Shown here: positions 1-8,747 of the stretch, in pieces
How positions within the stretch are numbered: position 1 is the stretch's first letter
How the letters are laid out: each line of letters starts with the position of its first letter
From: a virus
Virus genome (UHGV): UHGV-0107442
DNA length: 34,578 nt
Strand: one strand, 5' to 3'
Notes under the pieces: generated by a model
Databases searched by the model: none
Seen by the model: the letters and a program-made list of their open reading frames with translations, nothing else
Told to the model about the DNA's origin: nothing
Translations under genes and position numbers: made by a program

Positions 1-10
1 TTAGCAAGGT

Positions 11-28
11 TGTGTACATTTGTACACA
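11..28. promoter_or_regulatory. Perfect palindrome TGTGTACA-TT-TGTACACA just upstream of the TetR-family gene; candidate autoregulatory operator
   Basis: Read directly: 8-2-8 inverted repeat (9-2-9 if 10..29 is included) ending about 20 bp before the ATG at 50. TetR-family repressors commonly bind such palindromes at their own promoter. Confidence 0.35.
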
Positions 29-49
29 ATTGCAGACAGAGGAAATGAC

Positions 50-586
50 ATGCGTCGCGCTAACGATCCGCAACGGCGAGAAAAAATTATCCAGGCCACG
101 CTGGAGGCGGTGAAACTTTACGGAATACATGCTGTTACGCACCGCAAAATTGCTACCCTTGCCGGGGTACCGTTGGGATCGATGACCTACTATTTTTCAG
201 GAATTGATGAGTTGTTGCTGGAGGCGTTCAGCAGTTTTACTGAGATTATGTCCCGGCAATATCAGGCATTTTTTAGCGATGTTAGTGATGCTCAAGGCGC
301 ATGCCAGGCTATCACCGATATGATCTACAGCTCACAGGTTGCAACGCCGGATAACATGGAGCTGATGTACCAGCTCTACGCGCTGGCTAGCCGAAAACCG
401 CTATTAAAAACGGTAATGCAAAACTGGATGCAGCGCAGTCAGCAAACGCTCGAACAATGGTTTGAACCCGGAACCGCCCGCGCGCTTGATGCGTTTATTG
501 AGGGGATGACGCTGCATTTTGTCACCGACCGTAAGCCGCTATCGCGCGAGGAGATTTTGAGGATGGTTGAGAGGGTTGCAGGGTAG
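50..586 (+). CDS. TetR-family transcriptional regulator, host gene flanking the prophage (possibly RcdA/YbjK-like; not verified)
   Basis: ORF 20..586 in the track begins with TTG; first ATG at 50 is preceded by GAGGA (39..43). 178 aa with an N-terminal HTH-like segment ([22 protein letters not shown]) typical of TetR regulators. GC content matches the host-like side. Confidence 0.8.
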   Translation: MRRANDPQRREKIIQATLEAVKLYGIHAVTHRKIATLAGVPLGSMTYYFSGIDELLLEAFSSFTEIMSRQYQAFFSDVSDAQGACQAITDMIYSSQVATPDNMELMYQLYALASRKPLLKTVMQNWMQRSQQTLEQWFEPGTARALDAFIEGMTLHFVTDRKPLSREEILRMVERVAG

Positions 587-690
587 TAGATAAATTTTAG
601 ATAACAAAAAACCCATTTATGTAAACGGGTTAATGAAAACAATAAGTTAGAGTAAAAACAATAAGTTGGGTTGGTGGTCAGTGGTGGTTA
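587..690. other. Probable prophage-host junction (attL region) between the TetR gene and phage int
   Basis: Non-coding gap between convergent gene ends. Contains two 13-bp direct repeats AAAACAATAAGTT (636..648 and 655..667), which could be integrase arm-type sites. Exact core not determinable without the empty-site sequence. Confidence 0.4.
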
Positions 691-1743
691 TTACGGGGTA
701 ATGCCAACCGCTGCCGCCACTTTGTCGCCACTTGGCAGCGTTGCCAGAGGATTGAAACGGAGCGCCGTTTCCAGATGATCTGGTGCCAGATGTGCGTAAC
801 GCATAGTCATTTTTATATCGTGGTGTCCGAGAATTTTTTGTAAGGCGAGAATGTTTCCACCCGACATCATGAAGTGCGCCGCAAATGTATGGCGCAGAAC
901 GTGTGTGAGTTGACCGCGAGGGAGCACGATAGACGTTTTTTCCATCACGGATAAAAATTGAAAATAGCAGTCTGTAAAGAAATTGAACCCATCAAGCGCC
1001 ATGATCTCTTCGTAAAGCTCTTTACTGATAGGGATGCTTCTGTTTTTCTTCCCCTTCGTTCTGACAAAGGTAATTCGGTATTTGGTCACCTGTGAGCGGG
1101 TAAGATTTACGGCTTCACGCCAGCGTGCGCCTGTGCTTAAGCATATCTTAACTACCAGTGCCAGAATCGGGTCCTGACGTTTACAATCAGCCAGCAATTC
1201 AACAATCTGCTCATGGGTAAGCCATGCCATCTCTTTTTCTGCGATGGTGAATTTTCGCATGTTCTCCAGTGGGTTCGGATACGACCATTCGCCCAGGCGG
1301 GATAGTTCGCTAAAAACACTACTAAGATAGCTTTGCTCCAGGTTAATAGTGACCGGGCTTGCTCCTTTTTTCCATTTCTCGCTGAAGTAGATCTCACCCG
1401 TCAGGCGTTTATCTCGATAGTGGGCAAACATTTTAGATGTGAGATCGGTTGCAAGGGGATTGCCCAGAGCGTCAACCATCAACAGCAATTTGTCATAGAC
1501 ATGCTGCCCAGCGGTTAGAGCTTTACCATGTAGTTTGAACCATAGCTCAACTACGTCTTTCAGTGTTCGACGATCCACTGATTCACCCAGCCAGGGCTTT
1601 GCTTCGGTTTCTTCCATCGTGTGGCGCTCAAAAGCCAGAGCTTCGCCTTTGGTGGCGAATTGTTTACGCACACGACGCCCACTACGTCCGGCGGGGTAAC
1701 ATTCGCAAAGCCATTTCCCTGTGGTGAGTTTTCGTACTGCCAT
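691..1743 (-). CDS. int: Phage tyrosine integrase (P2/186 Int family)
   Basis: ORF 691..1899 (-) in the track; first ATG at 1743 is preceded by GGAGGG at 8-nt spacing on the minus strand. C-terminal catalytic region contains HVLRHTFA and MTMRYAHL (R-H-R-Y type). 350 aa versus about 337 aa for P2 Int. Confidence 0.9.
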   Translation of the reverse strand: MAVRKLTTGKWLCECYPAGRSGRRVRKQFATKGEALAFERHTMEETEAKPWLGESVDRRTLKDVVELWFKLHGKALTAGQHVYDKLLLMVDALGNPLATDLTSKMFAHYRDKRLTGEIYFSEKWKKGASPVTINLEQSYLSSVFSELSRLGEWSYPNPLENMRKFTIAEKEMAWLTHEQIVELLADCKRQDPILALVVKICLSTGARWREAVNLTRSQVTKYRITFVRTKGKKNRSIPISKELYEEIMALDGFNFFTDCYFQFLSVMEKTSIVLPRGQLTHVLRHTFAAHFMMSGGNILALQKILGHHDIKMTMRYAHLAPDHLETALRFNPLATLPSGDKVAAAVGITP

Positions 1744-1931
1744 AAAAAATGCCCTCCAGTAGAGAGCATTTTTACTGTATGTATAACCAGTGTCAATGTA
1801 TGAAATCCTACGACCATACATCTCACTGAAGCCATAATGAAGTTGGCTATTCTTTTTGCTATGTGAGCATGTAACTTTTGCGGTTAACCTGCGGCTCATT
1901 TTTATTTTAGACGCAGATATAAAAGCAAAAG

Positions 1932-2123
1932 TTATCGTGAGTTTTTAGTACAGATTTTTTTGGATTTACTAATAGTTCCATCATTGCAAACGAATTTGCC
2001 ATCTGAGGTACAGTGAGAAACACCTCCCTTTTTCCCTGAGCAGGGATAATTTCTAGCATAGGTAGTTAGTGGGTTTAATAACAAAGAACATGACAAAACC
2101 ACAAAAAATACCTTACCAAGCAT
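1932..2123 (-). CDS. Small secreted cysteine-rich protein (63 aa) between cI and int; candidate lysogen-expressed moron
   Basis: ATG at 2123 (-) with a strong GGGAGGAA SD 5 nt upstream. Hydrophobic N-terminus [23 protein letters not shown], then a mature part with 5 Cys and many Lys/Gly. AT-rich relative to the flanks; 15 bp downstream of the cI stop on the same strand. Confidence 0.5.
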   Translation of the reverse strand: MLGKVFFVVLSCSLLLNPLTTYARNYPCSGKKGGVSHCTSDGKFVCNDGTISKSKKICTKNSR

Positions 2124-2138
2124 AGTTTCCTCCCGGTA

Positions 2139-2708
2139 CTATTTAACATACTTGACTGTTAAACTTATAATTTTACCAATTATTTCAATGTCTTCTATCT
2201 TGCATTCGAAGGCTCTGTTTCCACCCTCGACGAAGATTCTTCCACCGGGTAAACGAGTAATGTCACGGATCGTTATTTCGCCATCAATACTTATTACCCA
2301 TTTACCATCACGTATATCATCAAATTCTTTATCACAAATAAATTCAGAATTGTTATCTGTGATGACAAAAGGTTTTTTTAACGTAGAGGGTAGAAATTCC
2401 TTATCAAAAATATAAAAACCGTCTTTCTGCAATGCTCCATCAGACAATAAATATTTTTCTACTTCTATAGTATTTGTATTTGCTGATGCTTGCTTTGAAC
2501 CATGCCCTGTTGTTAGCCAATTAAGCGAGGTGCCCGTTTCAAGGGCGCACTGGATTACCCAATCTGCTGGAAAAATATCACGCATATAGCGCGTTGCCAT
2601 GGTGCTCTTAGAAACACCTAAATGATCACAGAGAGCCTGACGGGTACCGAACCCATATGCTTCAACTAAACGTTCTATGGCTTTCTTACCGCCGCTATTG
2701 AAATCCAC
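2139..2708 (-). CDS. cI: Phage 186-type CI immunity repressor
   Basis: ORF 2139..2795 (-) in the track, but 2795 is GTG and the stretch 2709..2795 holds a sigma70-like promoter. GTG at 2708 (V30, SD GGAGGA upstream) gives 189 aa, close to 186 CI (192 aa). Similarity to 186 CI as remembered: EAYGF...HTH...CALETG...NWLTTG. Start uncertain between 2708 and 2795. Confidence 0.75.
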   Translation of the reverse strand: MDFNSGGKKAIERLVEAYGFGTRQALCDHLGVSKSTMATRYMRDIFPADWVIQCALETGTSLNWLTTGHGSKQASANTNTIEVEKYLLSDGALQKDGFYIFDKEFLPSTLKKPFVITDNNSEFICDKEFDDIRDGKWVISIDGEITIRDITRLPGGRIFVEGGNRAFECKIEDIEIIGKIISLTVKYVK

Positions 2709-2735
2709 AAGTCCTCCAAAGAAATCCAAAATTCG

Positions 2736-2764
2736 TTGACAGATTCCAAAAGCGATCTTAAAGT
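2736..2764 (+). promoter_or_regulatory. Candidate rightward lytic promoter (pR-like) in the cI-apl switch region
   Basis: TTGACA (2736..2741), 17-bp spacer, TAAAGT (2759..2764), reading toward apl (ATG 2854). The lysogenic promoter and CI operators should lie in 2709..2853 but were not resolved. Confidence 0.4.
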
Positions 2765-2853
2765 TGAACCAGAAGTGTTCTTTTGGAGCCTTCACTACTA
2801 ATCACGACAAACAACGGCTCGCCACAAGCCATATCTAGAAGGAATGTTGCCTT

Positions 2854-3057
2854 ATGACACCTAACATTTCAATTACTCTGAATACACCACATGTCACAAT
2901 CGAACGTTATAGCGAACTGACTGGCCTTTCTATTGATACGATTAACGACATGTTGGCTGATGGCCGACTACCTCGTCATCGTCTTCGTAAAGACAAAAAA
3001 CGTGAAAAGGTAATGATTAACCTGGCTGCTCTGACTGTTGATGCTTTGTCTGCTTAA
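2854..3057 (+). CDS. apl: Apl/Cox-like small DNA-binding protein (excisionase / lysogenic-promoter repressor)
   Basis: 67-aa ORF, first gene rightward of the switch, divergent from cI; position and size match 186 apl / P2 cox. ATG 2854 with AAGGA 10 nt upstream. Confidence 0.65.
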   Translation: MTPNISITLNTPHVTIERYSELTGLSIDTINDMLADGRLPRHRLRKDKKREKVMINLAALTVDALSA

Positions 3058-3067
3058 TAGACGTCTA

Positions 3068-3105
3068 TTTTCGCAATAAGACGCTGAGTTCGATTTTGCG
3101 ATAAG
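3068..3105. promoter_or_regulatory. Repeat pair between apl and cII (TTTTCGCAATAAG / TTTTGCGATAAG; inverted core TCGCAA...TTGCGA); candidate CII-type activator site for an establishment promoter
   Basis: Read directly. Direct near-repeats about 26 bp apart with an embedded inverted hexamer pair (3071..3076 and 3096..3101). In 186 the CII-dependent promoter pE lies in this relative position. Speculative. Confidence 0.25.
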
Positions 3106-3121
3106 TTCGGAGTTGAAAACC

Positions 3122-3631
3122 ATGTTTGATTACCAAGTTTCCAAACATCCACATTTTGATGAAGCCTGTCGTGCATTTGCATTGCGCCACAACTTGGTGC
3201 AACTGGCAGAACGTGCAGGTATGAATGTGCAGATTCTGCGGAACAAGCTGAATCCAGCTCAACCTCATTTATTAACCGCACCAGAAATTTGGTTGCTTAC
3301 TGATCTGACAGAAGACTCAACACTGGTAGATGGTTTTCTGGCACAGATTCACTGCCTGCCATGTGTGCCGATTAATGAGGTGGCAAAAGAGAAACTGCCA
3401 CATTACGTCATGAGTGCAACCGCAGAGATCGGGCGTGTTGCTGCAGGTGCGGTATCTGGCGATGTAAAAACCAGTGCAGGTCGTCGTGATGCCATCAGCA
3501 GCATTAACTCTGTAACACGACTGATGGCGCTGGCTGCTGTTTCATTGCAGGCCCGTTTACAGGCTAACCCTGCGATGGCGAGTGCGGTTGATACCGTAAC
3601 TGGCCTCGGTGCTTCATTCGGTTTGCTGTGA
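3122..3631 (+). CDS. cII: Phage 186-type CII lysogeny-establishment activator
   Basis: ORF 3113..3631 begins with TTG; ATG at 3122 gives 169 aa, the same length as 186 CII. Strong remembered similarity ([19 protein letters not shown]...NKLNP...[25 protein letters not shown]...). Confidence 0.85.
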   Translation: MFDYQVSKHPHFDEACRAFALRHNLVQLAERAGMNVQILRNKLNPAQPHLLTAPEIWLLTDLTEDSTLVDGFLAQIHCLPCVPINEVAKEKLPHYVMSATAEIGRVAAGAVSGDVKTSAGRRDAISSINSVTRLMALAAVSLQARLQANPAMASAVDTVTGLGASFGLL

Positions 3632-3638
3632 GGTGCTT

Positions 3639-3935
3639 ATGCTGTCGAAAGAACCATCATTTGCATCGCTGCTGGTAAAACAAAGCCCGGCAATGCACTA
3701 CGGTCACGGCTGGATCACGGGTGAGGATGGAAAACGCTGGCATCCATGTCATTCACAAGATGAATTGCTGTCTGAATTGACCACGAGGAAACGGAGAAAG
3801 TCCAAATGTATGCGGCAGAAAGTGAAATGGTTTATCAGTTTCGTTACAGAGGGGAGAGTTATTCAGTACCTGAAGATGATTTGCTCTGTTGCTATCCGTC
3901 ATTGTCGGGCGATGGCAGTTACTTTTTCACGTTAA
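3639..3935 (+). CDS. Small early protein, possibly Fil-like (98 aa)
   Basis: ATG 3639, 8 nt after the cII stop, with GAGG upstream. N-terminus MLSKEPSFASLLVKQSPAMHYGHGWITGEDGKRWHPCHSQ is basic and Cys/His-containing. Its 3' end overlaps the next ORF by 130 nt in another frame, so the extent is uncertain. Confidence 0.45.
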   Translation: MLSKEPSFASLLVKQSPAMHYGHGWITGEDGKRWHPCHSQDELLSELTTRKRRKSKCMRQKVKWFISFVTEGRVIQYLKMICSVAIRHCRAMAVTFSR

Positions 3936-4030
3936 AGGATGGGACGTTTTTACGGGGAGAGCAGGTTAAAGAGACGATACGAAAAAATGTATCTCCTCTT
4001 GAGCGTTACCGTAAGAACAAAGAACGATAG
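3806..4030 (+). CDS. Hypothetical early protein (74 aa), overlapping the previous ORF out of frame
   Basis: ATG 3806 with GGAG at 9-nt spacing; no recognisable motif. Confidence 0.45.
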   Translation: MYAAESEMVYQFRYRGESYSVPEDDLLCCYPSLSGDGSYFFTLKDGTFLRGEQVKETIRKNVSPLERYRKNKER

Positions 4031-4052
4031 CTGCGTTTGGGGGATATGAAGT

Positions 4053-4394
4053 ATGGCAATTAATGGCGCTGCAGCAACTGTTCCATTAAGCCCCGGTGAA
4101 CGCCTGAATGGACTTAATCACATTGCGGAGTTAAGGGCGAAAGTTTTTGGCCTGAATATTGAGTCAGAGCTTGAGCGGTTTATTAAAGATATGCGTGATC
4201 CACGGGATATCAATAATGAACAAAATAAACGGGCACTGGCTGCCATATTCTTTATGGCAAAAATTCCAGCTGAACGTCATAGCATCAGCATTAATGAGCT
4301 GACCACTGACGAAAAGCGGGAGCTGATTAAAGCAATGAATCATTTTCGTGCAGTGGTGAGCTTATTTCCCAGACGGCTAACCATGCCGAATTAA
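4053..4394 (+). CDS. Hypothetical early protein (113 aa)
   Basis: ATG 4053 with a G-rich SD; sits in the early rightward operon between cII and the replication genes. Confidence 0.6.
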   Translation: MAINGAAATVPLSPGERLNGLNHIAELRAKVFGLNIESELERFIKDMRDPRDINNEQNKRALAAIFFMAKIPAERHSISINELTTDEKRELIKAMNHFRAVVSLFPRRLTMPN

Positions 4395-4461
4395 CCAACT
4401 AATGAAATTAATGGCGTAAACCCGCCGGGCATCCCTTTATCTAAATTCAGGAGAATTGGTT

Positions 4462-4695
4462 ATGCGTAATATTGATACCCTCACGACTAAAACCGGACCG
4501 GATGACGCAGGGCTTAATATTTTACTGACAGAGGCTCGTCTGGAAGAACGCCGGGCAAGGGCTGAAGCAATGGCAGCTCGCCTTGATCGCCTGGCGTGTC
4601 ATATCACATCCCGCCAGTTAAACCACGTCGAAGCGGCAGAACTGCTGCGTGTGACTGCTGAAGCAATCCAGAACGAAGCGCAGGAGATCCACTGA
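4462..4695 (+). CDS. Hypothetical early protein (77 aa), predicted helical
   Basis: ORF 4456..4695 begins with TTG; ATG at 4462 follows CAGGAG at 8-nt spacing. Its stop overlaps the next start (ATGA). Confidence 0.6.
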   Translation: MRNIDTLTTKTGPDDAGLNILLTEARLEERRARAEAMAARLDRLACHITSRQLNHVEAAELLRVTAEAIQNEAQEIH

Positions 4696-4922
4696 TGGCT
4701 GATGCAATGGATCTCGTCCAGCAGCGCGTTGAAGAAGAACGCCAACGTCATATCCGTGCTGCCCGTGCCAAAACGCCGGGCGTGTCCCGCGTGCTTTGCG
4801 TTGAGTGTGAAGCGCCAATTCCGCCAGCACGCCGTCGTGCCATTCCGGGTGTGCAGCTTTGCATTACCTGTCAGGAAATCGCAGAGCTGAAAGGCAAACA
4901 TTACAACGGAGGTGCTGTATGA
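4695..4922 (+). CDS. TraR/DksA-family C4 zinc-finger protein
   Basis: 75 aa with CVECE...(17 aa)...CITC, the two CxxC pairs typical of phage/plasmid TraR-like proteins. Translationally coupled to neighbours (ATGA overlaps at both ends). Confidence 0.7.
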   Translation: MADAMDLVQQRVEEERQRHIRAARAKTPGVSRVLCVECEAPIPPARRRAIPGVQLCITCQEIAELKGKHYNGGAV

Positions 4923-5776
4923 GCACCATCCTGAAATGGGCGGGAAATAAAACCGCCATAATGTCCGAACTGAAAAAGCATCTTCCTGCTGGCCCGCGAC
5001 TGGTTGAACCTTTCGCGGGTTCCTGTGCAGTGATGATGGAGACGGATTACCCCAGCTATCTTGTTGCGGATATTAATCCTGATTTAATCAACCTCTATAA
5101 AAAGGTTGCTGCTGATTGTGAGGCGTTTATATCTCGTGCCAGAGCTTTATTTGAGGAAGCAAACAGGGAGGTGGCTTATTACAACATAAGGCAGGAGTTT
5201 AATTACTCCACTGAAATTACTGATTTCATGAAAGCGGTATATTTTCTGTATCTCAATCGTCATGGTTACCGTGGGTTATGTCGCTATAACAAGAGCGGGT
5301 ATTTCAACATTCCCTACGGTAATTATAAAAATCCGTATTTCCCTGAAAAAGAAATTCGCGCATTTGCAGAGAAAGCCCAGCGGGCAACGTTTATCTGCGC
5401 CAGCTTTGATGAAACGCTGGCGATGTTGAAGGCGGGGGATGTGGTGTATTGCGATCCGCCGTATGACGGTACGTTTTCCGGCTATCACACTGATGGTTTC
5501 ACTGAAGATGACCAGTATCACCTGGCATCCGTTCTTGAACATCGGTCATCAGAAGGACATCCGGTCATTGTTTCTAACAGTGACACATCCCTGATCCGTT
5601 CGCTGTATCGCAATTTTACTCACCACTACATCAAGGCAAAACGCAGCATCGGTGTGGCAGCTGGTGATAGTAAATCTGCAACAGAAATCATTGCTGTTTC
5701 CGGGGCGCGCTGCTGGGTGGGATTTGATCCTTCGCGTGGCGTAGATAGTTCTGCTGTGTACGAGGTGCGTGTATGA
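4919..5776 (+). CDS. Dam-type DNA adenine methyltransferase (GATC-class N6-MTase), orphan
   Basis: ORF 4859..5776 begins with TTG; ATG at 4919 follows GGAGG at 8-nt spacing. Has the DPPY catalytic motif (VYCDPPY) and an N-terminal AdoMet region (ILKWAGNK...EPFAGSCAV). No adjacent restriction endonuclease gene. Confidence 0.85.
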   Translation: MSTILKWAGNKTAIMSELKKHLPAGPRLVEPFAGSCAVMMETDYPSYLVADINPDLINLYKKVAADCEAFISRARALFEEANREVAYYNIRQEFNYSTEITDFMKAVYFLYLNRHGYRGLCRYNKSGYFNIPYGNYKNPYFPEKEIRAFAEKAQRATFICASFDETLAMLKAGDVVYCDPPYDGTFSGYHTDGFTEDDQYHLASVLEHRSSEGHPVIVSNSDTSLIRSLYRNFTHHYIKAKRSIGVAAGDSKSATEIIAVSGARCWVGFDPSRGVDSSAVYEVRV

Positions 5777-8166
5777 GTCATGACGATATGAGCAACTCTA
5801 GCGGCTTTAACGAGGCCGCTGCATCATTTTCATGGAACGGCCCGAAAAAGGCCATTAACCCTTATCTGGACCCGGCGGAATTTGCGCCGGAGTCTGCACT
5901 TTCAAACCTGATCACTCTGTATGCTGCCGATAACGAGCAGGAACAACTGCGCCGCGAGGCACTGAGTGAGCAGGTCTGGGAGCGTTATTTCTTTAATGAA
6001 TCCCGTGATCCTGTCCAGCGCGAAATGGAGCAGGATAAGCTCATTAGCCGGGCAAAGCTGGCGCATGAGCAGCAGCGTTTTAATCCAGACATGGTCATTC
6101 TGGCTGACGTCAACGCCCAGCCTTCCCATATCAGCAAGCCGCTGATGCAACGTATTGAATACTTCAGCAGTCTGGGCAGGCCAAAGGCTTATTCCCGCTA
6201 TTTGCGTGAGACGATTAAGCCATGTCTGGAAAGACTGGAGCATGTACGCGACAGTCAGCTATCCACTTCTTTTCGCTTTATGGCAAGCCATGAAGGGCTG
6301 GACGGCCTGCTGATCCTGCCTGAAATGAGTCAGGATCAGGTAAAACGCCTGTCCACCCTGGTAGCAGCGCATATGAGCATGTGTCTTGAGGTCGCTTGTG
6401 GTGATTTGTATGCCACCGATGACGTTAAGCCAGAAGAAATCCGCAAGACATGGGAAAAGGTGGCGGCGGAAACCCTGCGACTGGATGTCATACCGCCTGC
6501 GTTTGAGCAACTCCGCAGGAAAAGAAACCGCCGTAAACCCGTGCCCTATGAACTTATTCCGGGTTCGCTGGCGCGTATGTTGTGCGCCGACTGGTGGTAT
6601 CGGAAATTATGGAAGATGCGTAGCGAATGGCGGGAAGAGCAGTTGCGTGCTGTTTGCCTGGTCAGCAAAAAAGCATCTCCCTATGTCAGCTATGAAGCCG
6701 TGATGCATAAACGTGAGCAGCGCCGTAAGTCGCTGGAGTTTTTCCGTTCTCATGAACTGGTGAACGAAGACGGCGACACGCTGGATATGGAAGACGTGGT
6801 AAACGCCAGCAGCAGCAACCCTGCGCATCGCCGCAATGAGATGATGGCCTGTGTTAAAGGTCTGGAGCTTATCGCGGAAATGCGCGGTGACTGCGCCGTT
6901 TTCTACACCATCACCTGTCCGTCACGTTTCCATTCCACGCTAAATAACGGCAGGCCAAACCCGACCTGGACCAACGCGACAGTAAGACAAAGCAGCGATT
7001 ATCTGGTCGGCATGTTTGCTGCATTTCGTAAGGCTATGCACAAAGCCGGGTTGCGCTGGTATGGCGTGCGGGTGGCTGAGCCGCATCATGACGGCACAGT
7101 TCACTGGCACCTGTTGTGTTTCATGCGCAAAAAAGACCGCCGCGCCATTACTGCATTGTTGCGTAAGTTTGCCATCCGTGAAGACCGCGAGGAGCTGGGC
7201 AATAACACGGGGCCACGCTTTAAGTCTGAGCTGATAAACCCGCGCAAAGGAACGCCGACAAGCTACATTGCGAAATATATCAGTAAGAATATTGACGGGC
7301 GTGGTCTGGCTGGCGAGATCAGTAAGGAAACGGGTAAATCCCTGCGTGATAACGCTGAATACGTTAATGCCTGGGCGTCTCTGCATCGTGTTCAGCAATT
7401 CCGCTTCTTTGGCATTCCGGGGCGTCAGGCTTACCGTGAACTGCGATTGCTGGCTGGTCAGGCGGCAAGGCAACAGGGGGACAAAAAAGCAGGTGCGCCG
7501 GTACTGGATAACCCGCGCCTTGATGCAATCCTGGCTGCTGCTGATGCTGGTTGTTTTGCCACTTACATCATGAAGCAGGGCGGCGTACTGGTTCCCCGCA
7601 AATATCACCTCATCAGAACTGCTTATGAAATTAACGAAGAGCCGACCGCCTATGGCGATCACGGCATTCGTATTTATGGCATCTGGTCACCCATTGCAGA
7701 GGGCAAGATCTGCACTCATGCAGTGAAGTGGAAAATGGTTCGTAAAGCCGTTGACGTTCAGGAGGCGGTAGCCGACCAGGGCGCTTGCGCCCCTTGGACT
7801 CGTGGCAATAACTGTCCCCCTGTTGAAAATATGAACAAATCAGGGGGGGATTTACCCGATATTAAAACCATGGATGAGAAGGAGCTGCAGGAATATCTCC
7901 ACAACATGGGCCAGAAGGAACGGCGGGAGCTGACAGCCAGGTTGAGACTGGTAAAACCGAAGCGAAAAAAAGCATACATACAGAGTATTTCGGAGCAGCA
8001 GCGCCTGCAGCTTGAGGCAGAACTGACTGCCAGAGGGTTTGAGGGTAGTGTATCTGAGATTGATTTGCTTCTGCGTGGCGGCAGCATTCCATCCGGTGCC
8101 GGTTTACGTATTTTTTACCGTAAACAGAGGCTGCAGGAAGATGACAAATGGCGTCGATGGTACTAA
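5773..8166 (+). CDS. A: Rolling-circle replication initiation protein (P2 gpA family)
   Basis: 797 aa; size and position match P2 A (761 aa). Contains the region [13 protein letters not shown] (HUH-like) and downstream YIAKYISK with candidate catalytic tyrosines. Start overlaps the Dam stop. Confidence 0.9.
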   Translation: MSHDDMSNSSGFNEAAASFSWNGPKKAINPYLDPAEFAPESALSNLITLYAADNEQEQLRREALSEQVWERYFFNESRDPVQREMEQDKLISRAKLAHEQQRFNPDMVILADVNAQPSHISKPLMQRIEYFSSLGRPKAYSRYLRETIKPCLERLEHVRDSQLSTSFRFMASHEGLDGLLILPEMSQDQVKRLSTLVAAHMSMCLEVACGDLYATDDVKPEEIRKTWEKVAAETLRLDVIPPAFEQLRRKRNRRKPVPYELIPGSLARMLCADWWYRKLWKMRSEWREEQLRAVCLVSKKASPYVSYEAVMHKREQRRKSLEFFRSHELVNEDGDTLDMEDVVNASSSNPAHRRNEMMACVKGLELIAEMRGDCAVFYTITCPSRFHSTLNNGRPNPTWTNATVRQSSDYLVGMFAAFRKAMHKAGLRWYGVRVAEPHHDGTVHWHLLCFMRKKDRRAITALLRKFAIREDREELGNNTGPRFKSELINPRKGTPTSYIAKYISKNIDGRGLAGEISKETGKSLRDNAEYVNAWASLHRVQQFRFFGIPGRQAYRELRLLAGQAARQQGDKKAGAPVLDNPRLDAILAAADAGCFATYIMKQGGVLVPRKYHLIRTAYEINEEPTAYGDHGIRIYGIWSPIAEGKICTHAVKWKMVRKAVDVQEAVADQGACAPWTRGNNCPPVENMNKSGGDLPDIKTMDEKELQEYLHNMGQKERRELTARLRLVKPKRKKAYIQSISEQQRLQLEAELTARGFEGSVSEIDLLLRGGSIPSGAGLRIFYRKQRLQEDDKWRRWY

Positions 8167-8235
8167 GGATGCTGTTTAACATTTCGTGCTTTATTGACTG
8201 GAGTCAGTACATCCAATTGACTGACAAAAAAGAGT

Positions 8236-8278
8236 TTTACATTTTTTCTTTCCTACTATACTGTTTGTAAAAACAGTG
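8236..8278 (+). promoter_or_regulatory. SOS-regulated promoter: -35 TTTACA / -10 TATACT overlapping a LexA box
   Basis: TACTGTTTGTAAAAACAGTG (8259..8278) matches the LexA consensus TACTGT-N8-ACAGTA in the CTGT-N8-ACAG core. -35 at 8236..8241 and -10 at 8257..8262 (15-bp spacer, suboptimal). Lies 47 bp upstream of the ATG at 8325. Confidence 0.55.
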
Positions 8279-8324
8279 GGTATATGTACAGTATTTGTGT
8301 ATCCGTGTAATGATAGGAGGGAAG

Positions 8325-8513
8325 ATGCAGGACTATCTTTTGGAGTCATTGAAGCTCCAGCGTATTGATTTTTTTATCAAGCTTGTAGCGGCTAGTGAGT
8401 GCAGCGACGAAGAAAAGCGGCTGGCTATCCAGTGGGTGTCCGAACTGACAGATGAGTTGATGGCGAAAATTCGCAGCCATGAATACAGCCGATCAATGGA
8501 CGTTACCAGTTAA
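8325..8513 (+). CDS. Small SOS-box-controlled protein (62 aa); candidate Tum-like antirepressor module
   Basis: ATG 8325 follows AGGAGGG. Function inferred only from context: 186 places its LexA-controlled antirepressor tum in the equivalent position. Confidence 0.45.
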   Translation: MQDYLLESLKLQRIDFFIKLVAASECSDEEKRLAIQWVSELTDELMAKIRSHEYSRSMDVTS

Positions 8514-8525
8514 AGGGAAATCTGT

Positions 8526-8747
8526 ATGCGCATTGAAATAATGATCGATAAAGAGCAGAAGATTAGCCAGGCCACACTGGAAGCCCTTGAATCCGAGCTC
8601 TACCGTAATTTGCGCCCTCTGTATCCCAAAACAGCAATTCGTATCCGTAAGGGCAGCGCCAATGGTGTTGAACTGAGCGGGTTAAAACTGGATGAAGACA
8701 AAAAGCGAGTAATGGAAATAATGCAGCAGGTTACATTAAAACGTTGA
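8526..8747 (+). CDS. DinI-family protein
   Basis: 73 aa; the MRIEIMI start and overall pattern resemble E. coli DinI (MRIEVTI...). SD AGGGAA upstream; downstream of the LexA box. Confidence 0.8.
   Translation: MRIEIMIDKEQKISQATLEALESELYRNLRPLYPKTAIRIRKGSANGVELSGLKLDEDKKRVMEIMQQVTLKR

Noticed and set aside
20-49. N-terminal extension of the TetR ORF from the track's TTG start
   Set aside because: The ATG at 50 has a proper SD (GAGGA), and the extension would read through the operator-like palindrome.
636-667. Short direct repeats considered as a possible CRISPR or tandem-repeat array
   Set aside because: Only two 13-bp copies with a 6-bp spacer; consistent with integrase arm sites, not a CRISPR array.
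1744-1899. 52-codon N-terminal extension of the integrase ORF
   Set aside because: The internal ATG at 1743 has a strong SD and gives a P2-Int-sized protein; the extension has no start-site support.
6940-7662. 240-aa minus-strand ORF inside the replication protein gene
   Set aside because: Antisense shadow ORF within a gene with strong family-level support on the plus strand.
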